Origin: Bugula neritina
Taxonomy: Eukaryota; Animalia; Bryozoa
Assembly (NCBI GenBank): GCA_964035545.1
Contig: OZ037765.1
Span: 28,147,504-28,211,503 of the forward strand
Length of the DNA: 64,000 nucleotides
Direction of reading: 5' to 3'
Positions 37,292 to 57,278 of this stretch are shown here, piece by piece (position 1 is the first letter of the stretch; each line of letters begins with the position of its first letter). The notes beneath the pieces were generated by a model that saw nothing but the letters and a program-made list of their open reading frames with translations, ran no database searches and was not told the origin of the DNA. A program made the translations under genes and the position numbers.

Positions 37292-40200
37292 GTGAGGATA
37301 TTTTTATTTTATAACTTAATCGTATAATTTTTTATGATTATCAATTTCAATGGTTATGATTATCGTTACAATTATGATTGTGATCATTTTATTGCACTAA
37401 AAATTTAATACTTCATCTATTGCCTATTGCATTTTTCTTGAGTTATACGTATACTTATAGTTATACTCATTACTCTTAGTCTTAATCTTAGTCTTACACT
37501 TTGACTTACAGTTACTGTTAGTGTTACAGTATGACTATAAGTATGAGTATGAGTATACTACTACTATACTATAACTATATAGTGTAGTAGTAGTAGTAGT
37601 AGTAGTAGTAGTATGAATATACTACTACTATACTATAACTATATCTATAGCCTATAGGTTTATTATTTAATTTTTATTTTATACCATTTATTTTTATTTT
37701 TTTTTTATTTTTATTTTAAAATAATTACATTTATGGCTATCAGTATCAGTATGAGTATCACAGTCATTGTCAGTGTTACATCAGTATCACTATTGCTATG
37801 AGTATGAGTATGACTCTAATAATGACCATCAGTCTATGACATTGAGTTTGACTATGAGTATGCCTTTGCTTTTGGGCTTTGGCATTGCACTTTCACTTTG
37901 CAGTGGTGAGTTACTCACCCTCAAAGTCAGTTTCATCTTTATAAATAACAATATATTATTTACTTCTAGTTTTACTCTTAGTAATAGTATGGTGATTGAA
38001 AAATAATTTTGCCCCCACTAGATTAAAATCAGTGTCAATTTTCAGTCACTAATTTTAAATGAATCATAAGGATAGATACAAGTATTACAAGTGACTTCTT
38101 AAAATAAGCTGCTATCCGTATTTGAGAAATTTTTTTATTTCATGCTGTTATGCAGGTAAAAAAATGATGATAATATAAACTCAATAAATAAAGAATTTGT
38201 TTGCTCAAAGTCTCATAACTCATTTAAAAATATTGATTTATTCAATAGGAAATTCATAGGAATATAGTTCAAGACCAAAACAAAATAAAATAATCAAATA
38301 ATCTTATTTGATTTGATGCACAATGCCATTTTATTTTATGACTAAAGAGTGGATTTTTCATTTAAAATGTTCATAAAATGCTTCTTGTAACAAAATTTGT
38401 TGTAACACTTTTAGCTTGATTAGATGCTTTTAAAGTGGACTCAAGGTCCAAGTATAGATTAAGCAAGTCCTCAAGTCAACATGCTTCATAATCAGTTCTA
38501 ATAAATTGTATATGGTCACAATAGGCATAACCACTATAGGTATGAGTTTTCAAACAATTGAGTTTTGCGCACATTTTCTTACTAGAGTAGAAGTCATATT
38601 TAATTCCGCTAACTGTAGCAGGGGTGATGGTTATTCATAGTGGATATGAGCATCAATATCTCATTTAGTTACTTGTAGAATAACTTCGTTGAAAAATACA
38701 TTATCAGTGGTTATTGTATGGCAAAACTAAGTGTGCTGTGCTAACACAGCTGTCTGTTTCCATGGATGTGTCGCAGTCAATATAACATTATGCTAATTGT
38801 CAATCTCAATTATTCTAACTTGGAGTTGTTAGGGGCAGTTTGGATTTTCTAGAAACAGGGTTGTCCTCTCACTATCAATAACATTGCTACTAATTTAGCT
38901 CAATAAAATATACTACTTCAAGTTTTAGGTAAGACGACTCCATATGCTGGCATGGTCACTGTCCCATAATTGAGAAAATTGATAAAGTTTCTATGTACGC
39001 AAAACAGCTCACTAATAATTTTTACCTACTGCAAGTGAAATCTTTAAACTCTTTTATATACAACTACAGCTTCTTATGGCAGCACCTTAACTGAACTTGA
39101 ATGTTCTTGAGTTTAAGTTAAATTGCATAAGTCTTGAAAAATGCCTGATTTAAAAAAAAGATTTAAGAAAAAGGAAAAGCTTTTAGGCTGTCTCAATGGC
39201 AAATAAACTATTAACTCATTTTGTAGGCATCAAGCTATATGTCAAAAACATGCTAAAATATATTTTAGATGGTTCTATAAATTTGTATGATCTGACAGTC
39301 AAAATGCAGTTTTAGTAACATCATTTTTCGTAGATTTTTTACTTAATTATTGTATCTATGGTCTATTAGTTTTCTATTTTGTAAGGCCTCATTTCATTTA
39401 AATTGTGCTCTTTGGTTTTTGTTTTTGGCAATTTTCTAGTGTCTTGAAGAAGTCATTCATAATATGATATTAAGACTTCCTCTTTTTCTGAGCTTTTTTG
39501 GTCCTGTTTGCTTCAAGAATTCATGCATAAACTTACCCAAACGAATACTACCAAATGCACTCAATTGTTGTCAAAGAGAAGATAACTCCTATGATTATTA
39601 TGTTATTTTAGGCTCTTCGTCAGACGGTTTTTAAAATATTAAATGGCAAAGTTTGGGGTCAATCTTTGAAGTGCCAACAAGCCCCACAAGTTGTCGGCAG
39701 ATTGCACCATGGCATGCAACAAAGATTCATTCAAATTAGCCTCACAAATTTAGATAAATTTGAGGTTATCAACATTCAAGATGAGAAGCACTTTGAGGAG
39801 CATGTTACTCAAAGCAAAACACCAGTTGTCTTAGATTTCCATGCTACGTAAGTTAGAACTAACTAGATGCTAGAAGAATTGGTGAAAACAAATATTGGAT
39901 TTTTATGAGGCAGAAAAACAAATTTTGCAGACTCTGCATGGCTGACTTATTTTGGCTGTAAACCAGCGTTGAAAATATGTTTTATGTTACATGTAGATGG
40001 TGTGGCCCTTGTAAATTGCTGGCACCCAGGTTGGAGAAAGTATTGAGCAATCATGCAAACCCGGTCAATCTGGTTAAAGTGGATGTTGACAAGTTTGAAG
40101 ATTTGGCCATCAAGTACAGGGTAAGATCTTGTTTTTATCAGAGCCATTAGCCTTGCATAGCCAACTTCCAACATGACATTCCTTGAATATGTTAGACAGC

Positions 40201-40475
40201 TGGCATGCTTATATTTAGCATTGCAAAAATGTTGTAGTTATAATAATTATTGAATATCTAAACAGAGGAGTTCATAGTCTTGACCTTAATGAATCGTGAA
40301 TGCTATTATCATGCTTCAACTAATCACCTATTGCAATCATACTATATCTTATCTTTATCAGGTTCAAGGTGTACCGGCTATATTTGCTATAAAAGATGGT
40401 AGAGTAGTAGACAAGTTTGTTGGTCTAAAAGAAGAAGACATTATAGAAGGATTTGTTGAAAAATTGACCTCTTAG
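37289..40475 (+). CDS. TXN2: Mitochondrial thioredoxin (~158 aa)
   Basis: join(37289..37291,39612..39847,39997..40120,40362..40475); presequence-like N-terminus MALRQTVFKIL..., then [39 protein letters not shown]...VDKFVGLKEED. The ATG-only first coding exon (AAAATG|GTGAGG) is inferred. Confidence 0.93.
37310..38010. repeat. Degenerate 6-bp-periodic low-complexity tract next to the TEX33-like/TXN2 promoter (TXN2 intron 1)
   Basis: e.g. 37441-37500 AGTTAT ACGTAT ACTTAT AGTTAT ACTCAT TACTCT TAGTCT TAATCT TAGTCT TACACT; AGTATC/AGTATG runs at 37740-37870. Confidence 0.8.
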
Positions 40476-41496
40476 ATGTGACTTAAGTTGCTGGTCTAGC
40501 TTAGAATTCTTTTTGGTGATCAACAGTCAAATACAACATATTATTAGTGTATTATTTTATTTATGCTAAGTAAAAACATAATGTGCACATATGTAGAAAT
40601 AAAACTTCTTTAAGTAATAATAAAAATATTGAGTTAAACCTTTACATGTTAGCTGAGAAATTCAGTTACATAATCAAACATTGGCACTGTGGTAGAACAT
40701 CTAGAATGCTTTCGTATTATTCAGCATAACATAGCAGTAGCTTGTGTTGATACTTGGTTGAAAGAGACAAAATATAATATTCAAATATGCAAAATAACAA
40801 TAATCTACTTGAGAAATACATGCAGTTAGTACCCAGATACAAGGCAACTGTAAGAGACACTAATTTTTATGCTAGAAACGACATAAAGGAAGGGTGGTGC
40901 ATGCACTGCAACAATCTGATTACAATTCATCATAGCCTATGCAGTTGTCAACAAGATCATACTAAAGGGAAGTTAACACCATTGACCTCACCCATTTAGC
41001 AGAAGTTTTAGCTTAGAAACAACTAATAGGACATTCAATCTAAAAGGTGGGATAAACAACTACACTGTTACCTATATGATCCTAGACAATGATGAAACAC
41101 CTTCCACCCTCTATGATTTCACATAAATTAATTTTTCAAAAAGCGAAAATTAGTCATGAACCAAAAACAGGTTTGGTTAAAAGTGCCTCATATTGTTTGG
41201 ATCAGAGCAATTTCCTCATCTGTGACTCCTATAATTGGTAAGTAAAGACAACATAAATTACTAATAGTTGGTTCTGAAATAATTCATATGTACAATTCAC
41301 TCCTGGTTAATGATCTATTAATGACTATTTGATGTATTTGACAGGGTAGCTTGCCTTCAGACAATTCCTCCAACATCTAATCAACAATAATTACCCGTTA
41401 AATTATAAATTAGAAAAATATGTTTTGCACAACTTTCTGTAAACAATGGTAGCAAATGTTAGCACCATATACAAGCGTACTGATAAAGCAAGAGGG

Positions 41497-47595
<6,099 letters not shown>

Positions 47596-47809
47596 ATTAC
47601 TGTGAGAGTGAGGCTCGTAAACATTGATTATGTAGCAACATAATGGATAATCGGAATGAATGTCGGGAAACTTTTAGTTATGCATGAATATACAACTCCA
47701 ATAAAGCATTGAGCTCTTCACCGCAAATGAGAACGACTACAAAAAACATATTGGATTTGAAACAGTTGTCAATTGGTCAGATGAGAGTGATTGTATTTCC
47801 GGGGGGTAT

Positions 47810-48730
47810 AATAATTATAAAATTGATGTTAATATTTGTATTTTCAGTTCCTAATTGAGTTTTAGTTTTAATTTAACTAAGAAACATAATGATTTTGAAA
47901 ATTCAAACCTTGTTAAGCTTACAATAATTAATTTTAGGGATTGGCAATAACTTTAGCAATACGAATTAGAATAAGTAAGATCAAGAGTAAGAGTAAGTAC
48001 TCGGTATTTAAAATCAAAATGAAAATGAAATTGAATAATATTATTATTAATAAATTTAAAATTAGTCATAATGATTATAATTGTGACTATGGCTATCAGA
48101 TAATTATAATGAAATTAAACTATATTTATATCAAATTTTTATTATAGCTTATATTATTCATGTTGATACTATATGAGTAGGCCTACAACTATATGAATTT
48201 ATAATAATAAATATAATTATTGTATTTCAATTTGGTTTTACTAAGTCTTTAGTTTATTTATTATTGTAACTTAAACTATAAGTTATGCCCATAATGATAG
48301 CTATACTGTATAAGTATAAGTTAAACTATGTATAACTATTAGCAAAATAGATAATCATAATATTAATTAGCTAAATAAGTAGTTGTACTGACTCATAACT
48401 CATAAGTCATAAGTAATACTAATTGTAACACTAACCAATTATTTTACTATGCCATAGTAAAATAATTAGTTAATGCATAACTAGACTAATTACATAATTA
48501 ATTATAGACCATGACTCATGAGACTGAAACATGACCATAGTAAAATTTTTATGATGGTCATGACTGAATTACTGAATAAGAATTATTGATTTACTTATGC
48601 TCATAGTTATGGTCATACCGATACTCATACTCACAGACCATAGTACTAATAGTAATTAGTTGTAGTCATACTCATACTGGTACTGTTAATGTCGCTGTCA
48701 GTTCATTAGTTCGAGTGAAAATTAGAGAGT
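47810..48730. repeat. Degenerate 6-bp-periodic low-complexity tract in the CNNM/syntaxin divergent interval
   Basis: e.g. from 48592 TACTTA TGCTCA TAGTTA TGGTCA TACCGA TACTCA TACTCA CAGACC; AAAATC AAAATG AAAATG AAATTG near 48010; one 7-bp-period stretch near 48391. Confidence 0.75.
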
Positions 48731-49086
48731 TGCTGTTAAGGCAATATGATTATTGTTGTTATGTGTTTTGTTTATGTGTGCGTGTCTGTGTATACATCAT
48801 TTTAGTAGTACATAGCATATTTTTATAATGGAAATAAAGAATATGTTTAATGTATTTATTAGACATTGAAATAGGCTGTTATTAGCTATTAGTATAACTA
48901 TAAGTATTCAATTTTATCGTTGTTAATGACAGCCGAATGGTAGTAACTGCTGTGATATAAAGTTAGGTTGTGAAATTGATCCAGTTGATTAGTATTCTTA
49001 AACTTTAAACAGTGTTATTGAATTACTTCACTATATTTAATGTTTTTATAGCTTAAGATTCATCAATCCTTGAGACAGGGACGAAA

Positions 49087-52000
49087 ATGTCGTCATATTA
49101 TGGACAGTCCACAGGCTACCAGTCTGGTAAGAAAACTACATTGGGATAATTTCCTAGCTTCATTTATCATCTAGATATTTGATTGCTCTTGTTGTTTATG
49201 ATTAAATTGCATTTTACTTAAAACAAAACCAGTTGCAAAACTAGTATTTTTAACCTATAACTTGTGGTATGTGATATTGTAGCATAATTAATCAATATTA
49301 TTGATTTCCCAACTAGTGGATGATCCATAACCATTTTTTTAGTTACTGTATAGTTGTGATACATCACTCACTTGTATTATTACATATTAGTCATGAATAT
49401 TCTACTTCCTTATTCTCCTTACATTTTTTTTCATTTTTAAATGTAAAATAATTTAATATGAAATGTTGAAGGTTCAGGCACTAGCAATGACTTTGACAGA
49501 CTGGCGTCTAGCATTTCTATGAACATACAAAAGATGGCTCAGAACAGTAAGCTGTTTTCTTTTTTAGTAAGATTCGTAAACTGTTTAGAGGTGAACCTAA
49601 TGAAGCCCTAACAGTCTGATCTTCTCTACAGTGCTTGTTAATTAGATATAACATTTTAGCAGTAGACTGTTAATGCAGCATAATAATTAATTTCATTAGC
49701 ACATATAAATTGGAGGAAACTAGTGTGCCTGCACTATGGTTTGAATTTATCAGGTAGTGTTGTTGATGATATTTAAATCTTTTGAAAAATTTAATACCAT
49801 TCAATTTTCTGTAAACAATTTTTTTCAATTTTAGCTTATCAGGAATAGTAAACTTATGTTGGGCTGCATAATTTATAGTGTTGCATTAAAGTGATTTTAG
49901 TTCGGGTGGAGGTTTTGGTTTTTATGAGAACACAAACTTTTTATGTTTCTCCATGTTAATCCTACATCAAATTTCGGTGTAGATATTTCTAATTTCTAGT
50001 TCAACTTAACATTTTCTCGATTATTTAGCAAACAGGTGTCAGCGGTTAGTTGATCAACTTGGAACACCACAAGACCGAGACAATCTAACCAATCAGATAC
50101 AAGATATTCAACACAACAGCAATGAGCTCGCTAAGACCACCAGCACACAACTCAAGAACTTGGCAGACATTATAAGAAACTCTCCTCTTAATGTTAAGGT
50201 AAGCAGCTGTTGATTAAACAGGTACTTTCAAGCACTCTAGCTACAGTTGATAACCGAGCAGGTGAGTTACCTGTTCACCAGCTGGCTGTTTCATTGCCGT
50301 CAAGGAGCTCAACGTCCTATGAAGATGCAGTAAACATTCATTATATTTTTTCTATGATAGTTTTCTATTTGCTCTAACTCAAGCTTTATTGCTTCTTTTG
50401 GTGATTATATTTAGTTTTTATGTCACTTTAAACTATAACCTTATATTTATGTAATGCAGTTATATTATATCTTCTATTGTTGTATCTGCCTCTTTAGAAT
50501 GCTCTAACTCTTTGTTGGGGAATTCGAGCACCCCAGACATAGAATAGTATATAATTTAGAGCTGCAGTCAAAGGTTTCAGCATGTAATTGTTATGATTAT
50601 TTGCTAGTATATTGACATCCTATCTGCTGGTTTTATAGAAATCGAGGGAGTTGCAGAAGTCTCGGCTTACCGATGATTTCACCTCTATACTAAATAAAGT
50701 TCAAAAAGTTCAAAGAGAGGCTGCGGATAAGGAAAAGGCGAGTGTAATACGGGCTAGGGCAAACTCAGCTAATGCAGTAAGTATTCATTAACTTTTCTCA
50801 GCACGTTTAATTATTAGTTGACCGAGTGTTTGCAACAGCTAGACTTCATTAGTTACCAACTAAAGTGTGGTACATACTAGCTATAGTGTTAGCTACTGTA
50901 TTATGTGTACCAGTTGTGTACTATAGATTAGTTATTGTATACTACTAATTACTAGTTGTTTCATGTTATATAATGTTTAGGCTAAGGCCCTTTTTACTCA
51001 CAAACTTCTGTCAAGCTCCATCCTCATTGTGAACTCTATTATGTGTTTGACCTGTAATACTTTTCATATTTTTTTTATTTCTGACATGTTAAAATTATGA
51101 TGCAGAAAGTCATGTAACTTAACATGATATACATTGCACTACACAATGTTGCACAACTATTCTAAAACAACACAAAGCACGTCATATATTAATTGCGAAA
51201 ACATTTCAAACTTTCTACATGTTTGTAAGCTACTAGCTAGCTACTGAGTACTGAGTGGAAATAATTTTGACTGAAATGGCAAAACTAATTTTTAAGTGAA
51301 ATTATCACAATTTATATGTTCGGAAATTCTAGAATTAATTTAAATAATCACCAAAAATTACTCAACTGGAACCGGTTAAAATGTTTTTGTATACTGTGTG
51401 GTATAGACGCAGTGTGTTATCAACCAGTTATTGTATACTTGGTACTAATTACTAATACGAATGCCCCAAAGTTAATGTAACTACTATCTAATGTGTATCC
51501 GTACGCACTTGCAGAGCTCCAATCCATTCGCTGACAATGATGATTATGGAGGCGATTACTCAGACGACATGGTCAACTACGGACAGTGAGTTTCAATACT
51601 GATGATATACCAGTGTCTGTTGCCACCTATTTAAGATCTAATTTTTTTAAACATGTTCTATTATATTTTGTTTGATAATTTTCAAGTTTTTCATTTCTCG
51701 CCTTTGCCGTCAGCCATTCTATCATGTGTTTTTACTTGTATATTTTTTTCTGATAAAAGATTCGGCGTTGTAGACACGAGAAGAAACAATCTCTGCAGGC
51801 AGTTATAGATGAAGAAGAGAATTTGGCAGCCATCCAAGAGAGAGAAGAAGCCATTAAAAATCTGGAGGTATAAAAACTATTATAGTGCTAACTTATCATT
51901 AGTTTTGTAGCTTTCTCTGTATTATAGTACAAGAGGGAGTAATTCATAAAATGGACTACACAAAATGAGTAGGCAATAAATTTAATACTGTTACTATTTT

Positions 52001-53320
52001 AGCCTATTTTTGTGTTTTGCTATGGACTATTTATTCCTACTTGTATAACCACATAGTTGCTGTAGTAGTTTTGCTGTATTGTCACTCCAGTGTGATGAGC
52101 TATAATTATTTTCATGTATCCCCTGAATTGGCTATCTAATCTATATTGGTAGGCTGATATAGTAGATGTTAATCAAATATTTAAAGATTTGGGGGCGTTG
52201 GTGTACGAACAAGGAGAAATGATAGGTTGGTAAATATTACTTACACCATATCTTTTGAAAGATTACATAATTATTACACAATAAAAATTTACCTTAAATC
52301 CTTTCACTTACACATAATATACATCCTAAAAGTTGTTGCTAATCTGTCAATTTGATTGTGGAACAATGCATTACTAGATGTTTGTGTTAACATTACCATA
52401 ACCTGCCCTACCAGCCTAATGCCCTCTCTACTACTCTTCAGACACTGTAGTGTTTATACATAGCCCGGTAGATATGCTTCAATAGCATCTAGAATCTTTT
52501 TCCTACCTGTTTTTTATCAAACCAACACTAGTTTATAGTTGCAGTTCATGTGTGAAAACGTTTTTTGATTGTTATGAACTTATTTAACCACCAAAAGAAG
52601 GTAAATGACTATCGATGTATTTGCAGACAGTATAGAATCTAATGTGGAGACTGCATCTCACAACGTAGAGGCAGGAAATGTTCAGCTGGCTTCAGCAGCA
52701 AAATACCAGGTTTGTAAGATCTTACAATAGCTGGCACTATAACTCCTATATGTCATGTGTATAACTCATCTAATAGCTAAGCTACAATGTATTTTTGCTA
52801 TTCTACTGTCAGCATGCCTGTGTGCACTTGTATGGCACTCAAAGGAATAACTTTTTCTATACGTTTTTATAAGAACGCCTTCTACACAATTAAAATTAGA
52901 AATTATTTGCTCTAGAATAGAAACTGCCGAATATTTAGTGTAGGAGAACATAACTTCTCCAAAAAGTACCAATCAAGCATTTTAATCACTTATCAGTACA
53001 GAATTCATTAGACTGCAGTTTTGCTTTCTTTTGATTTTAAAACCTATTTACAAAATGTACCCCGGCAATACCGTGGGTAGCTTGAGCTTGGCTAGTTATA
53101 TAGAAGAAGTATTATGTGTAGGAGATTCTCTTACTATTGTTTAGGTACATTCCTAGTACAGTATTAGGAGTTATTTATGTTTTGCTTATTGTCTATTTTG
53201 TAGTCAGCTGCAAGGAGAAAAAAGTGCATCTGCTTCATTATACTAGCAGTGGCTGCTATTGTCGTTACACTCATCATTGTTATACCCATCGTACTGAAGA
53301 ATCAGAAAAAGTCCAACTGA
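49087..53320 (+). CDS. STX7: Endosomal Qa-SNARE syntaxin-7/12 (~286 aa)
   Basis: join(49087..49126,49472..49546,50029..50198,50639..50776,51515..51585,51774..51867,52153..52225,52627..52709,53204..53320). Habc region (SISMNIQKMAQN, LVDQLGTPQD, LQKSRLTDDF, QREAADKEKASVIRARANS); SNARE motif ([44 protein letters not shown]); C-terminal TM after ARRKKCIC. Invertebrate co-orthologue of STX7 and STX12. Not in the ORF track. Confidence 0.93.
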
Positions 53321-53986
53321 TGTATCTCAGGATTTGAAAGACTAAATTTCAAATTATGACTAAGAGGAAGATAATATGTTTTGTGCAATTTATGTATGTT
53401 CATTTCTGATTCACTATTTATTATAGTTGTATAGACAGTTTACAGTTAGTTTGGCATCCTGTTACATCTGTATGCATCTGATTGCTTGTCTGCCTGTGCA
53501 ATTACTCTCTACTCTCATTACAATTATCTAATTATGGTTATGTAAAGTATATTTTCTTTGCTCACATTGAGATTCTGTATGAAATATGCTTATATTATGT
53601 GTGTAAGTGAGCACCTGTTAAGTCACAAACAAGTTATTTTTATGCATCATGTGTTCAGGCGATTGCCCGGCAGCATTCCTATTTACCTGATATTTTATTA
53701 TTTTTATACATATATATGTCATTTGCTAATAATACGTTCTGTTTTTCAAGAATGTTTCTATGAAAATAGTAATCAAGGTAAACTGAGCTGTAAACACACA
53801 ACGGACGATCGTACAAAGGTTCTTGTTTTACTAAAATAAATCATACGTGTATGTATAGAGATGTATAAAAGGGTTTATTCATGAGAAAATATTCTTACTA
53901 AAAAATAAATAAAACTGGCTGTTATGACTAATTCTGCTATCTTAAAGTATCAGTAGATTGCGAGTGGTAGGAAGACTGTCTCTATG

Positions 53987-55498
53987 CTATTGTTCATTAC
54001 TTGTTACTTGCTCTGTGGTACCATCTTCTATCTTTATTGGGCCAAGAGTCTTCTTTCGTTGGCGTACTAACGCCGCGTGCTCTTCTTTTGCCCTTAGCTT
54101 CTCCCTCATCTCTCTGAACTTTTTGGCTCTATTTTCCGTTGCAGTGTCCACTTTCTCCTGTACCACCTGCTTCACCTGTTTCTGGTGCTCAATGAATGTG
54201 TCTAATACATCATTAATGTTACTTTTCACTGTTACGGACTGTATCTTCTCCAGTCGCTCTGCTTCTGCTTCCTACACAAGAAATACAAAGTGAAACTATA
54301 TGATTTATATATACTGCATCTATAATATGATGACATTCTCTACAAAGAAAGTATTGGGATATGTGGTGAAATAATCTAATGGTATTGGTTACAAGTAACC
54401 CAGTGTACCGTTGCAGTGTAGTGAAAATAGCTAAAACTTCTTGTACTTAATCAAGTTACTGTTAGTGAGCTCCCACATGCAAGCTGCATACTCTAGTTTT
54501 GTCTGATTGGTCACCAATATATGTACTATGAAATATAATATTTCATACGTGCTATTATTTTATGCTTATGCTCAGTGATGTTTAGATTTGAATATTAGTC
54601 ATGTGGAACTTTTGATAGTACCTTTCTTCGTATTTCTGCCTTCTCTAGCTTTGCTTCAATATCTTGCTGAGTCAGCAGTTTTCGTTTCTTCTGCCGCTTT
54701 TCTAGTTTGGCTAGTCTGGCTGGAGGAAGTTTTCTTGGTTGACTAGATTGATCAATTAACTCAAATGATAGTCCATTCTTTGCTTTTTGTGTGTCACTTG
54801 CTAGAAACCCTTCTGAACGAAGTTTTTTTAATATATCTTCTTCATCTTCTCGTGGTCTATTAGATTTTGCACTAAGATTTCTTAGTGTTCTTTTCAAACC
54901 ACCTATAAGCAAAAAGTTTAAGTATTCAAAAATTACAAAATAGTGCAACTGAATGCTTGCAATTCATCATTCTTGTATGTAGAAGCCACAATTCGATGAT
55001 TATATTATTTTGAATTATTGCTTTAAACTTATGAAGTTTGGATTTAAAGCTAAACCCATACAATTTGATACACAATTAACCAAATGCCATGATGTCAGTA
55101 GAATGAGTTTATTCTGCGTAGCTCAAGACAAATGCTTAGTTGTTTCAATGGCCAATTGACTGCAGCTTTATAAATGAGAACTTAATGCTGATTCGCCCAA
55201 CTTGATGCACACTTGTGCTACATGAGATATAAACATGGCGCAGTAAGAGCAACTTACCTGAAGAAGTTCTGGCAGTTGTAGCACTACTCGCTCTCGTACT
55301 CCCACCGTCTTCACCGTCTATAAACGCCGAGTCTATGCTGTGTTTAGAGGCTTTGCTAGTAGCACTGATTGCTCTGTGATTCTCTGATATGTTCTCTTCA
55401 GGCTCTTCTTTCAGGGTAGTTTGAGGGGCTTTCTGTGAAGATTCTTCAATATTAGTCTGAGGTGCCACTTTAACCATCTTCTCATTAGTACAACCCAT
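53987..55498 (-). CDS. STMND1: Stathmin domain-containing protein 1-like (~268 aa)
   Basis: complement(join(53987..54271,54622..54902,55258..55498)); MGC N-terminus; EDILKKLRSEGFL...KNGLSFELI...RKLPPARLAKLEKR...LTQQDIEAKLEKAEIRRK matches the STMND1 stathmin-like domain; charged coiled-coil tail. Confidence 0.8.
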
Positions 55499-55651
55499 AC
55501 CTACTTACAATTATGCTATGCCTGGTACAGTTATATTATTCAATTGCTTCTTTCGACGTCTACTGACAGAGTGAAGTGAACACTGAAGTTCACCATTCTT
55601 TTGTTCAATCTCGTTTCTAATAAACAATCGGAAATTATACCTAGAAAATGT

Positions 55652-55722
55652 TGACGTCACTCTAGTCTATATCCAGTAATAGATGGTAATCAATATCATT
55701 GTTTTATTGGTAACTTGGCAAC
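55652..55722 (-). promoter_or_regulatory. CRE palindrome and RFX X-box-like motif upstream of the STMND1-like gene
   Basis: TGACGTCA at 55652-55659 and GTAACTTGGCAAC at 55710-55722, 150-225 bp upstream of the ATG. Confidence 0.5.
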
Positions 55723-57022
55723 TTGCAATGTCAATATTTGCAGATACTTGCAAATACTTAATAAGGCTAGTTACATGTGTGATAATACATGAACATAAAT
55801 ATATAAGAAATGAAAAAGGTGTAAACCGATTGTAGTTTTTAGTCTTGAAATTTAATATGAAGCAACATGAAGTTACTCTGCTATACTTAAAGCTTTTGAA
55901 TTTATTATTAGCTTTTAGTAACCTAGTCCTATTAATTACGTACTACTAAAATATTGGTTGGACATTTCATTAACGAGAAGTAAGCAAAGTGAAAAAATAA
56001 AACTGCATGGTCACAGAACACACTCATTTGTTGCAACTGTCAGTGCAATTTTTTCATGACACTGTCAAACTTTGCACTAGTTACTAGTACACTTCATATC
56101 ATCTGCTATATAACTCAATGACCAGTATTCTATAATTTTTTTAAATAACTTACTATTTCAGAGGTAAATCTTCATCAACATGGCCATTTAAAGTGTTTGA
56201 ATTATAGTTGCTTTTAAAGTTACCTGATTTAATACACTGTTTGAATGTGTTTTTTTTAGTAAACCAATTACGTAGTTGTTTCTATTTTAGAAGTATATTA
56301 TAGGCCATTTTATTATCTATTTTGTGTCAATAAGGAAACGAATCAAGCAGCAAAGTTACTGTACATAAGTTGGAATGTGTGTTGAGCGCACAATAAAATG
56401 AAATTTACATTGTATGCCATTGTTCTATATTTTAAATATTAATTGTCAGTTCTTTTGTTGTGTGCCAAGTAGCTTTGTGTCAAACTGTAAGCCATAACAC
56501 ACATTCCTATTATTAACTGCTTTCTGGGGATTTAAATTAAGAAAATAATAGCAAGTTAACTGATAGTGGCTTCACCAAACTACTTTTGATGTAAAATTTA
56601 GTTTAGGATGCTTTAAGAAACTATGTAGGCAAAAGCTATTATCACAGATAACTATTCACACCTGGAGAATCAATGTGCATATTATTGCTCTTTTGGCAGC
56701 ACTACATGCTAGTTCATGCAACTGTGTTAAAAGTTGTTAAAGTAATTCATTCAATTCAATCAATAGTATATAATATTTAATATATTATATATAGGTATTA
56801 GACATTATTATTGTATCCATCATCGAATTAAAATTCCTTTGTATTAAACAACACTAAACCAGTATAACCATTAAACAATTTATATATACAATATGTGTAC
56901 TCCATTTGTATTATAATTTATATACATGAAACAAAATGACATTGGATTTGCTAACCACTACTATAAGAAATGCAATATCTTACTTTCCTTCCTTTATAGC
57001 AAATTATGGCCATTATATGTAT

Positions 57023-57141
<119 letters not shown>

Positions 57142-57278
57142 AGTTGCCTAACATATAATCATTAACAGTGTATAATTATGCAATTACATGTAAAGGAACG
57201 CTATTGATTGAGGGATAACATGTACAGAAAAGACCATCAACATGCAAAGGATACTAAAATATTTATCAACTTGTTGAA

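Noticed and set aside
37767-38006. Short ORFs inside the hexamer tracts (also 27657..27857, 47941..48147)
   Set aside because: Alternating-residue translations follow directly from 6-bp periodicity; no splice or homology support.
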